A DNA stretch of 64,000 nucleotides, from IMG/VR virus record IMGVR_UViG_3300036823_000091, positions 489 through 64,488 of that record; one strand, written 5' to 3'. Source of the stretch: a virus. Taxonomy: Duplodnaviria > Caudoviricetes. The notes beneath the pieces are model-generated. The model ran no database searches and had not been told where the DNA came from. It saw nothing but the letters and a program-made list of their open reading frames with translations. Below, one piece after another: positions 48,435 to 57,708 of the stretch; position 1 is the stretch's first letter, and the number at the start of each line of letters is the position of its first letter. The translations under genes were made by a program, and so were the position numbers.

Positions 48435-49356
48435 ATGATGATAGGCATATTTTGTTGATATTAGCAACACATGCAGTAGACGTTACTGTAGACGTACTTG
48501 TAGGAGTTGCAATAGACGTACTTGTTGCATTTGGTGTTGTCTTAGGAATGATTGACTGTATCGTAGGCGCTACATTACTTACAGGCACTTTATCTTGACG
48601 AGGTGTTGAATGTATTTCAGGACTTTTATCCTGATGGGGGAATACCACATGTTTATCTAACGGTTTGATGAAATGCGGACTGCTTGCAGGGCTTGAAAGC
48701 TGAATAACTTTGATGGTAATCGCCAAGAAGAGGAGAATTAGTAGCGCAATTAAAATGCGCCTCATCGCGTTCAATCCCCTAAATTTCATCCTCCTCACTG
48801 CACTTGGGTCCTTACCTATCATACAACCGACTTCCTCTGTACTATACCCAAGAATGATTGTCCCACTGAGAACTTGTCTTTGCTCCTCTGTTATGGCATT
48901 AAATGCCTCTGTTGCAACACCTTGATCATCTGTTACACAAGGATTTTCTGTTACAGTCTCCAGAGGAACACATACTGGCTGTTTCTTTTGTTTGCGATAG
49001 TAGTCTGCTATAGTAATCCTTGCGACACGGAGAAGCCAAGCTCTGAAACCAACTTCATTGTTGGCTCTTACCTTGTGAACATTCTCTACCATCTTTTCAA
49101 ATACGTTAGAGGTCAAATCCTCTGCTGCGTGGTAGTCCTTTACGTTATTGTAAATATACCCAAATACGCATGAAAAGAAATGCTGGTATAAATAAGTGAT
49201 GCCATCAACATTTCCACTTTTCGCACTTTTGAGTGTGTTGCAAAATAAATCAACTGCTTCAGCAGACTGTCCTAGAGTAACCATGCTATCCCTCCTAGTT
49301 GGTTGCACCCTAACTAATGCTGTGATAGCATCGATGATAGCGTATTTGTCAAGCAT
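48433..49356 (-). CDS. ECF sigma factor with C-terminal TM helix and Pro/Thr-rich tail
   Basis: Region 2 (AEDL...VF, FRAWL.RVAR...DYYR), region 4 (EEQRQVL..GYS.EE....G....V), ILIALLILLFLAITI. Confidence 0.85.
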   Translation of the reverse strand: MLDKYAIIDAITALVRVQPTRRDSMVTLGQSAEAVDLFCNTLKSAKSGNVDGITYLYQHFFSCVFGYIYNNVKDYHAAEDLTSNVFEKMVENVHKVRANNEVGFRAWLLRVARITIADYYRKQKKQPVCVPLETVTENPCVTDDQGVATEAFNAITEEQRQVLSGTIILGYSTEEVGCMIGKDPSAVRRMKFRGLNAMRRILIALLILLFLAITIKVIQLSSPASSPHFIKPLDKHVVFPHQDKSPEIHSTPRQDKVPVSNVAPTIQSIIPKTTPNATSTSIATPTSTSTVTSTACVANINKICLSS

Positions 49357-49416
49357 ATGTAAATATTTGTATCTTGTGTAGTAATAAGCTCATCTATTGA
49401 AAGAAGGTAAAGATGT

Positions 49417-49932
49417 ATGGAAGAAGAACAGAAGACTTTTATTGCAGAGATATTTCTTTGGCGTGCAAGATTTCTTTTCGGAATATTGCTAAATGATATC
49501 TTTGAAAAGACTGATATCAGTCAGGGAAGACTTGGGAAAGCAGCAAAGGAATATAGGAAATATCTAAAATCAAAGGGATATTTGTACTCAAAAAGTGATA
49601 CAGGTACTATAGATCAATCTGGCATATCAAGGATCATCAATGTAGAGCGTCCCCCTGGTTATGCTCAGATTTACATCTGGCTTAATGTTGTTCGCAAATA
49701 TCTTGAAAGCGAAAAGTACCGCAATAAGTGCAGAATTGAAGATATAGAAGCTTTTCAGTTTACAAAGGAGCTTGAATCGGATATATACCGACTTGCTTTC
49801 TGCGGTACTCCAGAGGAGGTTGTGGCAGCTTATAAAAGGCACCAACATTTGATTGATGAAGACTCTCCTGAGTTCATTGCAGCTTATGAGAAGCATAAAG
49901 CCATGTTAGAGGAAGGTGATACCAATTTTTAG
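49417..49932 (+). CDS. HTH-like regulator, paralog of 50607-51188
   Basis: FG.LL..., Q..ISR.....P.Y.Q.YIW..VV..., FT.ELE..., P.EV are shared with the paralog. Confidence 0.6.
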   Translation: MEEEQKTFIAEIFLWRARFLFGILLNDIFEKTDISQGRLGKAAKEYRKYLKSKGYLYSKSDTGTIDQSGISRIINVERPPGYAQIYIWLNVVRKYLESEKYRNKCRIEDIEAFQFTKELESDIYRLAFCGTPEEVVAAYKRHQHLIDEDSPEFIAAYEKHKAMLEEGDTNF

Positions 49933-50037
49933 CCAGTTTTCAAAATTGGCCGAGAGGCCGTCACAAAAGGGGATATTTTTTACATCTATGCTATCGGAAG
50001 TTTTTCAACGAGGTCGCGGACCTCCTGATGCCTGAAG

Positions 50038-50307
50038 GTGATTTGTATGACATATAATCTGAAAGGCAAAAGGATGATTAACAACAACCAAAGTGAGGTA
50101 TCACGTCTTGAGGCAGAGATTGAGTTAGAGAATGCAGCCTGCCGATACGCCTTAAATGCTCCATCTCTAGGAGTAGCAAGGCATAGTTTCATCACAAGCA
50201 AGATGGAACGTATTGGCGAGTTGCATGAGGATTTGAAAACAAGGATAGGAGAGGAGAAGACAGCTAGGTTCATTGTGAGAACGATGAATCATGGCGACTC
50301 GAAATAG
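50038..50307 (+). CDS. Small hypothetical protein (SEV.RL...IE.E..ARH.FIT..ME)
   Basis: RBS present. The motif recalls a family I associate with Ktedonobacteria (not verified). Confidence 0.55.
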   Translation: MICMTYNLKGKRMINNNQSEVSRLEAEIELENAACRYALNAPSLGVARHSFITSKMERIGELHEDLKTRIGEEKTARFIVRTMNHGDSK

Positions 50308-50507
50308 AAGAGTTGCCAGACAGGAACGCGCAATTCCTGCGCAATACTCTCTATTGACTCAAAACGAGGCCCAAACAGTCCTTGTTCGATCCTGTTAATT
50401 TCTTCACGCGTTAGGCCTATTTTTACGCCCAGTTGCAACTGTGTCATCCCTTTTTGTTGCCTAAGCTCTCTTAGCCGATTGCCAAACAACACTTTTAATG
50501 ATGACAT
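50289..50507 (-). CDS. XRE-family HTH regulator (controller-protein-like)
   Basis: FG.RLRELR...GMTQ..L....G.....I.RIE.G, upstream palindrome ATGTGAC-N7-GTCACAT at 50560-50580. Confidence 0.85.
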   Translation of the reverse strand: MSSLKVLFGNRLRELRQQKGMTQLQLGVKIGLTREEINRIEQGLFGPRFESIESIAQELRVPVWQLFYFESP

Positions 50508-50606
50508 TGCACTCCCCATGGACAATTTGCCCACAGGGTAGCATAATCTAGGCCTAACGATGTGACATAAAACGTCACATTAGAAATTGAGGAGGAAAAT
50601 AAGCAG

Positions 50607-51188
50607 TTAGCATTGCAATTCAGGCTCCTGCTCTTTTATTTTAGCTAGGTCTTTTGTCACACGGTTAACTATTTGTAGATCAAAATCAGTTTGAGGAATG
50701 ATTTCTGTTCCTCTAGGAAGTCTCCTAGGAACATGGTCAAAGTCCCTAAAGGCAAGAGACGCTTTAATTACTTCTTGAGGGGAGGAATAACCTGAAAGAG
50801 TCCAAAGAGCTGCTTCTAGTTCTGGAGTAAATTCTGGTATCTCAAGATTCTTGTCTTCAAATATTTTCTTGATCCTTGGATCATTGTAGTGTCGTTTCAC
50901 TACAGTAATCCAAATATAGGCTTGAATGTAAGATGGCCTCTGTTTGCCTCTGAAAACCCTGGAGACAACTTCTTGAAGCATTGAGCTTACAGGATCATCA
51001 GGAGTAATAAACCCAGCCTTTTCTAGTTGTGCATATTCAGCTTGCCCATACTTTTCAAGCAATGACTGCGTAACGCCAGTGGCTTCACATACTTGCTTTA
51101 AAAGCGTGCCAAATCTGAATATAGGATTTCCATGCATAAGCTCATTTAAGTAGAAACCGATGTATTTATCCTCATCGTTTTCAGCCAT
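50607..51188 (-). CDS. HTH-like regulator, paralog of 49417-49932
   Basis: Shared motifs with the paralog, GAGG RBS before MAEND. Confidence 0.6.
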   Translation of the reverse strand: MAENDEDKYIGFYLNELMHGNPIFRFGTLLKQVCEATGVTQSLLEKYGQAEYAQLEKAGFITPDDPVSSMLQEVVSRVFRGKQRPSYIQAYIWITVVKRHYNDPRIKKIFEDKNLEIPEFTPELEAALWTLSGYSSPQEVIKASLAFRDFDHVPRRLPRGTEIIPQTDFDLQIVNRVTKDLAKIKEQEPELQC

Positions 51189-51471
51189 AGAAACCTCTTT
51201 CATTAAAAAGCCAGAAAGGAGGACAAAAGCCCTTGACAATCGGCATATAAAAATATTAAAATGCCGGAACATTAGAAGTTCTCTAGACTTCTAGAAAGAA
51301 GCCACTAAACTTCTAAATCGTTGCAGCATTCACTTGGTATGGTAAGCCAATTCCCTAACATTTGTTATTTATTTTACAAATGTCAGACCTTATATTGTCG
51401 TTGCCAATTCTAGCATATGCAAATATTCAAATGCAAGAATGGCAGATTTTATACCACGTTTCTTGTAAAGA

Positions 51472-51981
51472 ATGGACTATCATATGTCAGAGAACATTAG
51501 AAAACCGCCCAGACTCAAGAAACCCTTTGACCCGATAACCCCTACCCACCTAGATCCAGAGGATGAGAAAATCCTTCGTGAAATCCGTGTAGCGACACTC
51601 TCAGAACAGAGAACCAGCGAACTAAGAGCCATAACCACAGATGCATCAATGAGGGCTCTTCCTCATTATCCCCATCCTCACACTTTTTACTTTATCTCGT
51701 CTAGCGAAAATCCCTGCATATTCGGAGAATTGCAAAATGCTACTTGTGAGCATATTTGCGCATGCCGCCCTAAGTATTTTTGGAATTTTCCAAGGGAGAT
51801 CATCCTACCGCCCTCGCTTCATGAGCGTCTAGAGTTCAACATGCTTGCGCCGCAAACGTTTAACGGAGTATATCTGTTTATTATTGCTCCAATGATAAAC
51901 CATCGTCCAATTCCTGTGTATCTTGATAAGCACCGTGGTATCACTTTACCACATGATACTATTATGTGTCTACTGTCTTGA
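51472..51981 (+). CDS. Hypothetical protein
   Basis: 169-aa ORF. Confidence 0.5.
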   Translation: MDYHMSENIRKPPRLKKPFDPITPTHLDPEDEKILREIRVATLSEQRTSELRAITTDASMRALPHYPHPHTFYFISSSENPCIFGELQNATCEHICACRPKYFWNFPREIILPPSLHERLEFNMLAPQTFNGVYLFIIAPMINHRPIPVYLDKHRGITLPHDTIMCLLS

Positions 51982-52094
51982 TTGCATATACTACTCTATT
52001 AGTCGGCAAGAGTGGACATAATGTTATGTCAACTCCCAAAAAGTACTAGTGTTGTCATTTTAGTGCAGCATTAAGCTGCAAGGAGATCTTAGCA

Positions 52095-52916
52095 ATGTTA
52101 GATTTACAACAATCCACAAACAAGCAATTCCAGTTCTTGAAGTTGATAAGACAAGAAGAGGAGGAAGAAACACAAGAAACACAACTTATGACAGCACTGC
52201 GAGTTGAAAGGACATCTACACCAGATGTACACGCTACAGAAGAGCATTCAACTCCAGAAGAGTTAGAAGAGGACAAATGGCTTATTGAGCCATTAGAGAG
52301 TGATAAAAAACCAAATACCCCCGCATGGGAGGAACTCAAGAAGTTGGCAGATATCGCTGTGCAAAGAACCGAACAGCAGTACAGAGAAGCAGAGCAAGCA
52401 AGGAAAGCCATGCAAGAGCTGGAAGCACTTGCAAACAAACGAGAGCAACATGTGGAGGAACCAACAATGATCAAGGATGAAGAGATCACTAGTCCTGAGA
52501 AACAGCCAACACTGTTTATGCCAGCACTGCCTAGATTGGCAAATCCAATAACGCCTATCCCTCCTTCAGTCCTGCCTACTGAAGAGCCTGCTCAAGAAAA
52601 GAGCCAGGAGAGAAATAGCGACCCTATGATGAAGCCAAACCTCTCTTACTACATGAAGGATATCAGTCCTCTCATACTGATTTGGGGTGCTATTGGTGAA
52701 CATATGAGCAAATACCGCAATAATATCCCATTGTGTGTATACGTATCCAAAAGGCTAATTACCTTGCTAGCAGATGACATAAAACGCATAATGGGTGAAG
52801 ATGTTCTCTTCTATGGTCATGTTCCATTTCCAACTCCAGAGGGGACAGTCCCTATCTCTGTTAGAATCAAGGAGTCTATGGGCATTTCTATCCATAAGGT
52901 GGAATGTATCAGTTAG
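52095..52916 (+). CDS. Hypothetical protein, acidic low-complexity
   Basis: AAGGAG RBS. Confidence 0.6.
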   Translation: MLDLQQSTNKQFQFLKLIRQEEEEETQETQLMTALRVERTSTPDVHATEEHSTPEELEEDKWLIEPLESDKKPNTPAWEELKKLADIAVQRTEQQYREAEQARKAMQELEALANKREQHVEEPTMIKDEEITSPEKQPTLFMPALPRLANPITPIPPSVLPTEEPAQEKSQERNSDPMMKPNLSYYMKDISPLILIWGAIGEHMSKYRNNIPLCVYVSKRLITLLADDIKRIMGEDVLFYGHVPFPTPEGTVPISVRIKESMGISIHKVECIS

Positions 52917-52925
52917 TTTCAGTAA

Positions 52926-53252
52926 ATGGCCCGTGCTGTTTTACGGGCCTTATATGGGGTTCTTATGAATACACTTGACCCAATGAGCAGACTAAAACAC
53001 TACTTTCAAGCTGAGAAAGCACGTGAAGATATAAGAGAAGAAATGCGTAAGGAAATGGAAATGCCTCTTGTGATATCAGGACCTGATATCAAGGAAGAGG
53101 AGTATATTAATGGATATACTACACACGAAATGTTTACACTCAATAACATGCTAGCTCAGACGAAAGAGCTAGGTATTAAAAAGCCAAAACACAATTACAT
53201 TACCGATCTTCTTACGAGAGGCTTTAGAGTCATCAAGAACATGAAAGGATAG
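52926..53252 (+). CDS. Hypothetical protein
   Basis: Co-oriented ORF. Confidence 0.5.
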   Translation: MARAVLRALYGVLMNTLDPMSRLKHYFQAEKAREDIREEMRKEMEMPLVISGPDIKEEEYINGYTTHEMFTLNNMLAQTKELGIKKPKHNYITDLLTRGFRVIKNMKG

Positions 53253-53256
53253 CAAG

Positions 53257-53646
53257 TTGAGCATATTTCAAACGCAACGATCTAAGCAGATTGAGATCTG
53301 TATACAAGAGATCGTGCAAAGTACTCCTACATTGCCATCAAGACTAACAATAGCAGATTGGTTAAAAGATGCTTTAGATGACAAAGGAATAAATATAACT
53401 TTGGAACAGGCTTACTACAGAGTTGTAGTTTATACCAACAAACAGGAGTCCTCACGGAACTTCAAGATAACACCATCCATCCCGTACCCGGCTACCATCA
53501 ACAAGCCAGTTCAACCAAGCTTCTGGACAAAGATTACAGGTCTTTTCCATCGTGAGCCAAGTATTCAGGAATATCTGCTATCAGATGATCAAATTCACCA
53601 TAGTGGTGAGAATGAGTATTATGAGCACATTGAAGATGAGGAATAG
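53257..53646 (+). CDS. Hypothetical protein
   Basis: GAAAGGA RBS with TTG start. Confidence 0.5.
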   Translation: MSIFQTQRSKQIEICIQEIVQSTPTLPSRLTIADWLKDALDDKGINITLEQAYYRVVVYTNKQESSRNFKITPSIPYPATINKPVQPSFWTKITGLFHREPSIQEYLLSDDQIHHSGENEYYEHIEDEE

Positions 53647-53661
53647 AGAAAGGTATTTTAC

Positions 53662-54789
53662 ATGCGCATTACATGTAAACAGCAAGATCTCAGAAAAGGT
53701 TTGTCCATTGTAGAACATGCCGTATCTGGCAAGAGTACACTGCCGATCCTCTCCAATATTTTATTGGCAACTGACCAGGGACGATTGAAGCTCTATGCAA
53801 CCAACCTAGAGATCGGTATCAGCTTTTGGGTAGATGCAGACATCATTGAGGAGGGAACTACAACCGTTCCTGCTAAGACGTTCTCAGAGCTTGTAGCTAG
53901 TCTAGCATCTGGAGATCTAGACCTAAGCAGCTCAGATGAGACTCACACCACAAACGTCAAATCTGCTAAGAGCAATGCGAACATCAGGGGACTAGACCCG
54001 TCTGAATATCCAGCAGCCCCAAATTCTGAAGGAGCTGAAGCGCCTATCTCTATAGAAGCAAATCTGCTCAAAGAAATGATCAATCAGGTTGCTTTTGCCG
54101 CAGCCAGTGATGACTCACGTCCGGTCTTGTCTGGAGTACTTATTGAAATCAGCAACGAGAAATTGTCCTTTGCCGCAGCCGATTCTTTCCGTTTGGCACT
54201 CAGGGAGACGCCACTTCCAGGTTATGACCATTTGGTCTATAGCAACATATTGGTACCCGCCAAGACCTTATCAGAATTAGGTAAAATTCTGCCTTCAGAG
54301 GGCACTGTAGAGATGATCGTCACTCCAAACCGTAGTCAGGTACTCTTCCATACAGAGGCTCTAGATTTGGTTTCTCGTTTGATTGAGGGCACATTCCCAA
54401 ACATACGCGCAGCCATACCTAAGCAGCCTGCCACTAAAGTCACACTGGAGACAAAGGACTTTGCTGCAGCCGTCAAGATGGTGACTCCCTTTGCTAGAGA
54501 TAATTCCAATATCACTCGTGTCAAGGTCACTAATGGAATTACAGGCGAATTGACGCTAGAAGCAAACACTGAAGACATAGGCGATAACACGGTTACTGTT
54601 AATGCATCCATTGACGGACCTGACACAAATATCATCTTTAACACAAAGTATCTTAGTGACGTTCTAGCCATCATCAATAGCCCTGAAACAACCCTACTAC
54701 TCAATACCGGTGCATCCTCTGGAATTATTAGACCTGCAGATAACGAAGATTATACCTATGTCATTATGCCAATGTCAGTGAACAGATAG
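53662..54789 (+). CDS. dnaN: DNA polymerase III beta sliding clamp
   Basis: LPILSNILL, ATNLEI, SRPVLSGV, AADSFRLA, SRLIEG.FP, YVIMP, 375 aa. Confidence 0.97.
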   Translation: MRITCKQQDLRKGLSIVEHAVSGKSTLPILSNILLATDQGRLKLYATNLEIGISFWVDADIIEEGTTTVPAKTFSELVASLASGDLDLSSSDETHTTNVKSAKSNANIRGLDPSEYPAAPNSEGAEAPISIEANLLKEMINQVAFAAASDDSRPVLSGVLIEISNEKLSFAAADSFRLALRETPLPGYDHLVYSNILVPAKTLSELGKILPSEGTVEMIVTPNRSQVLFHTEALDLVSRLIEGTFPNIRAAIPKQPATKVTLETKDFAAAVKMVTPFARDNSNITRVKVTNGITGELTLEANTEDIGDNTVTVNASIDGPDTNIIFNTKYLSDVLAIINSPETTLLLNTGASSGIIRPADNEDYTYVIMPMSVNR

Positions 54790-54794
54790 GATTT

Positions 54795-55730
54795 TTGATC
54801 ATGACAATTAATTCTGAAGTGCTATTCCAAGAGCTTAATGGAGAGTTTAATGCTGGCTTTCCATCTATTCCATCTCAAGTATTTCACACAAGCAAAGGCA
54901 TACCATATCTTAAAAAGCCTGGAATAGCATGTATAGGTCGCACCATGACGGCTATAGATTCTATGCAAGATTTTCTCAATGGATTTGATAGCTCATTACG
55001 TTTTCCCGAATACCTCCATGATAATGGTATCTCAGGAGGTAGAGCGTTCCTAGATGGTGCTGATATTTGCAAGATTGCAGGCCAATTGTGCTACATGAGT
55101 TTTGGGACTAATCGCACTTGGAACAAAGATGCTGAGAAGTATTTTAATAATATTAAAGCATCAGGACATGGGAGTGTCCTTGAAGCTTTCAATATCACCA
55201 TACTAGCTTATGGTGACTCAAGAAGCTTGACACATGAATGGGCACGCCATAGACACCTTTCATACTCCCAAGTGAGTCAGAGGTATGTTTCAGGTAAAAC
55301 ACTACGATTTGTTGAAAGACCTGAATGGCAAGCAGATGAGCATTTACATCTACGATTTGAAGATCGAATCGACCGTGCGGCACAAGAGTACAACGAATTG
55401 ACTGAAATCTTGCTCCTAGATCAGCAACAAGGCAAGCAGCTATTAAGTGCTGAAGCAAAAACTGATCTCAGAAAAAAAGTCAGACAAGCAGCTCGTTCTT
55501 GTCTGCCAAATGAAACAGAGGCCCCAATCATCGTTACTGGCAATGCACGTGCCTGGAGACACTTCCTAGAGATGAGAGCATCAGAACATGCAGAGATTGA
55601 GATTAGGGAACTAGCAACAAGGATATTTCTTTGTCTTTATCAGATTGACCCTATCCTGTTTGGAGATTACAGGCTTGAAAAATTGCAAGATGGTACCCAT
55701 GTAGTAAGTACAGAGTACAGAAAGGTGTAG
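54795..55730 (+). CDS. thyX: FAD-dependent thymidylate synthase
   Basis: GHGSVLE, RHRHLSYSQVS (RHRX7S), AR..LP, N.RAWRHF..R...HA..EIR. Confidence 0.95.
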   Translation: MIMTINSEVLFQELNGEFNAGFPSIPSQVFHTSKGIPYLKKPGIACIGRTMTAIDSMQDFLNGFDSSLRFPEYLHDNGISGGRAFLDGADICKIAGQLCYMSFGTNRTWNKDAEKYFNNIKASGHGSVLEAFNITILAYGDSRSLTHEWARHRHLSYSQVSQRYVSGKTLRFVERPEWQADEHLHLRFEDRIDRAAQEYNELTEILLLDQQQGKQLLSAEAKTDLRKKVRQAARSCLPNETEAPIIVTGNARAWRHFLEMRASEHAEIEIRELATRIFLCLYQIDPILFGDYRLEKLQDGTHVVSTEYRKV

Positions 55731-55735
55731 CAAGG

Positions 55736-56179
55736 ATGTTAACACAACGGGAAATCGATATCCTCAAACTCTTGGCACAAGGACACAATGATACCCAAAT
55801 AGCTAAGAAGATGGCGTACATGGAGAACACAGTAAGGCATTATCTCTCAAGCATTAGGCAGAAACTTGGTTACTCGAAATATACACGTGAAGATATAGGA
55901 GCAATGCGGGTACGGCTAGCCATATACGCAGTTAGCACAGGTCTGTACAGTCCAAAACCAGAACAATATAGCTCACCAAGTCGCACACATGTGATTGAAA
56001 TGCGCCACAAACACGCCGCAGGCAACAGAGTACGTATTATCAACAAAGAACACAAGCTATATAAAGAGTACGGCATTATAAAGTCACTAATGCCGTATAC
56101 ATTCAAAAATCCTGCATACGATGTTGGATTTGGAGATAAGACGATAGCCATGTCAGAAAGCTCACTGGAGAAAGCATAA
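55736..56179 (+). CDS. LuxR-type HTH protein with C-terminal KOW/SH3-like domain
   Basis: LT.REI.IL.LLA.G....IA.....E.TV..Y.S.I..KLG. Confidence 0.8.
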   Translation: MLTQREIDILKLLAQGHNDTQIAKKMAYMENTVRHYLSSIRQKLGYSKYTREDIGAMRVRLAIYAVSTGLYSPKPEQYSSPSRTHVIEMRHKHAAGNRVRIINKEHKLYKEYGIIKSLMPYTFKNPAYDVGFGDKTIAMSESSLEKA

Positions 56180-56366
56180 TGCTGATCACATTCATATTTT
56201 ACGCTATAATATATCGCAATATTATAGTAATGGTAATCATACTTATATTTGCACTTATTGGTATTATTGCAGCATTTACAACATAGGACAAAACATGCCA
56301 TTAGGTATTCTTGCTATTTGGATTGTGCTTACAGTTATTAGATATTTTAGGAGGAGGAGCAAACAA

Positions 56367-56801
56367 ATGAACAAGTACGGATTGTCACTTATAGAGATTG
56401 GAACACTCATATTAATATCAGAAGGCAAAAGCATTGATGAGATTGTCAAGAACGGATATCCATCAATTGAGAAGTTTGATGACACCATTAGAAACATAAT
56501 GGATAAGACAAACGCGAATACTTGGGAGGAACTAAAGGCGATTGGATCACAATTGGTGCATATATCCAAAACACCTTCTACAGTGATTGAACCGATCAAG
56601 ATCGCAAATGACTATGATGATCTCTTAAAAGAGCACATAGAAGGTTTCTGCTACCTGTATGAAAAGCTAATCGAAGAGCACAAAATGCTATGCAATCAAT
56701 GCCATGAAGTTGCTCCAGGTCTTCATGCGATGTGCAATGAGCAAGGGAGATTGAGAGCTAAGAAGCTTGACTGGATGGACAGATTAATAACTAGGCTTTA
56801 G
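56367..56801 (+). CDS. Degenerate LuxR-like protein, target gene of the TnpB cassette
   Basis: GLS..E...L.LI.EG.S..EI, AGGAGG RBS, ends LD-WMDRLITRL. Confidence 0.65.
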   Translation: MNKYGLSLIEIGTLILISEGKSIDEIVKNGYPSIEKFDDTIRNIMDKTNANTWEELKAIGSQLVHISKTPSTVIEPIKIANDYDDLLKEHIEGFCYLYEKLIEEHKMLCNQCHEVAPGLHAMCNEQGRLRAKKLDWMDRLITRL

Positions 56802-56821
56802 ATCGGAGGAATATATTTAGT

Positions 56822-57298
56822 ATGACAAAACTAGCAAACGTGATTATTCCAGTTAGTGAGGCAAAATTGCAAGAACGTCAAGTCACTGTACAAGTGCTCA
56901 CAATTGGCACTAAGCAGATTACACAAGCACTGTATAAACAGCTAACAGAAGTGAACATAAGAGATGAAGACGGACTCATAAACCCCTTTACAGGCAAAGT
57001 GCAAGGGACTATATGGGGATGGGTTAACTTACATGATAACTGCATGTTCGATAAAAAGGATCATCTCCATGTCGTTTGGGAGAGTAATGGTGAACTAAAA
57101 AAATCAGAAGTTCATTTACCCTGGACTAAAACCTCTTCCTCATATGGCAGCATCCACATGACGAGCTACTGTACTGAATTGGCCAATAAGGGTAAAATAG
57201 ATGAACTTAACCAACTAAGAGCAAATTGGCTGATAAGTTGGCAGACTTGCAAAAATGCTGGACAGCTCTTCATAGCCGTGTCTGGAGTCTGGAAATGA
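56822..57298 (+). CDS. Hypothetical cargo protein of the cassette
   Basis: GGAGG RBS, V..LTIG.KQIT.A.YKQL..WGWVN.H..HVVW. Confidence 0.65.
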   Translation: MTKLANVIIPVSEAKLQERQVTVQVLTIGTKQITQALYKQLTEVNIRDEDGLINPFTGKVQGTIWGWVNLHDNCMFDKKDHLHVVWESNGELKKSEVHLPWTKTSSSYGSIHMTSYCTELANKGKIDELNQLRANWLISWQTCKNAGQLFIAVSGVWK

Positions 57299-57306
57299 AA
57301 GACAAG

Positions 57307-57567
57307 CTATCCCTCATTCCCAAGATCAACATACACAGAGGCAATGATTTCAGCTCGTTCCTGTGGTGTACACTCCAATGCTGTACACCACGCATTCAGG
57401 GTTTCCCTCTTGGGGACAACTTGACCGATCATTGCTCTAGCCAAGGCGTTGCGCCGAAAACCATGTTGAGCGCTGAAATCAACAACGCTTTTGTACCCTT
57501 TTGCCTTTATTTTCGGATTCATCAAACCTCGAAATCGGACAGGGTTGAACTTTTTTTCTTTGACCAT
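57307..57567 (-). CDS. XRE-like HTH repressor divergent from tnpB
   Basis: GGGAG RBS, HTH-like FSAQHGFRRNALARAMIGQVVP..ETL..W..AL. Confidence 0.65.
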   Translation of the reverse strand: MVKEKKFNPVRFRGLMNPKIKAKGYKSVVDFSAQHGFRRNALARAMIGQVVPKRETLNAWCTALECTPQERAEIIASVYVDLGNEG

Positions 57568-57591
57568 GAAAATACTCCCATAACAAAATTA

Positions 57592-57646
57592 TACCTTGAC
57601 AGGGTACAAAATATACGATATAATAAATCTGTACCTCAAGAAGGTA
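57592..57646 (+). promoter_or_regulatory. Consensus sigma70 promoter flanked by two palindromic operators
   Basis: TTGACA(57596)-17-TATAAT(57619), TACCT-N5-RGGTA at 57592-57606 and 57632-57646. Confidence 0.85.
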
Positions 57647-57708
57647 TATTATTCACATATAATACTTGGCGAAGACATAGATGTCAAGAAGCAAGGAAAA
57701 ACCACAAT

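Noticed and set aside
57226-57708. 161-aa N-terminal extension of TnpB in the ORF track
   Set aside because: It overlaps the antisense HTH gene and the promoter. The RBS and the TnpB motifs start at ATG 57709.
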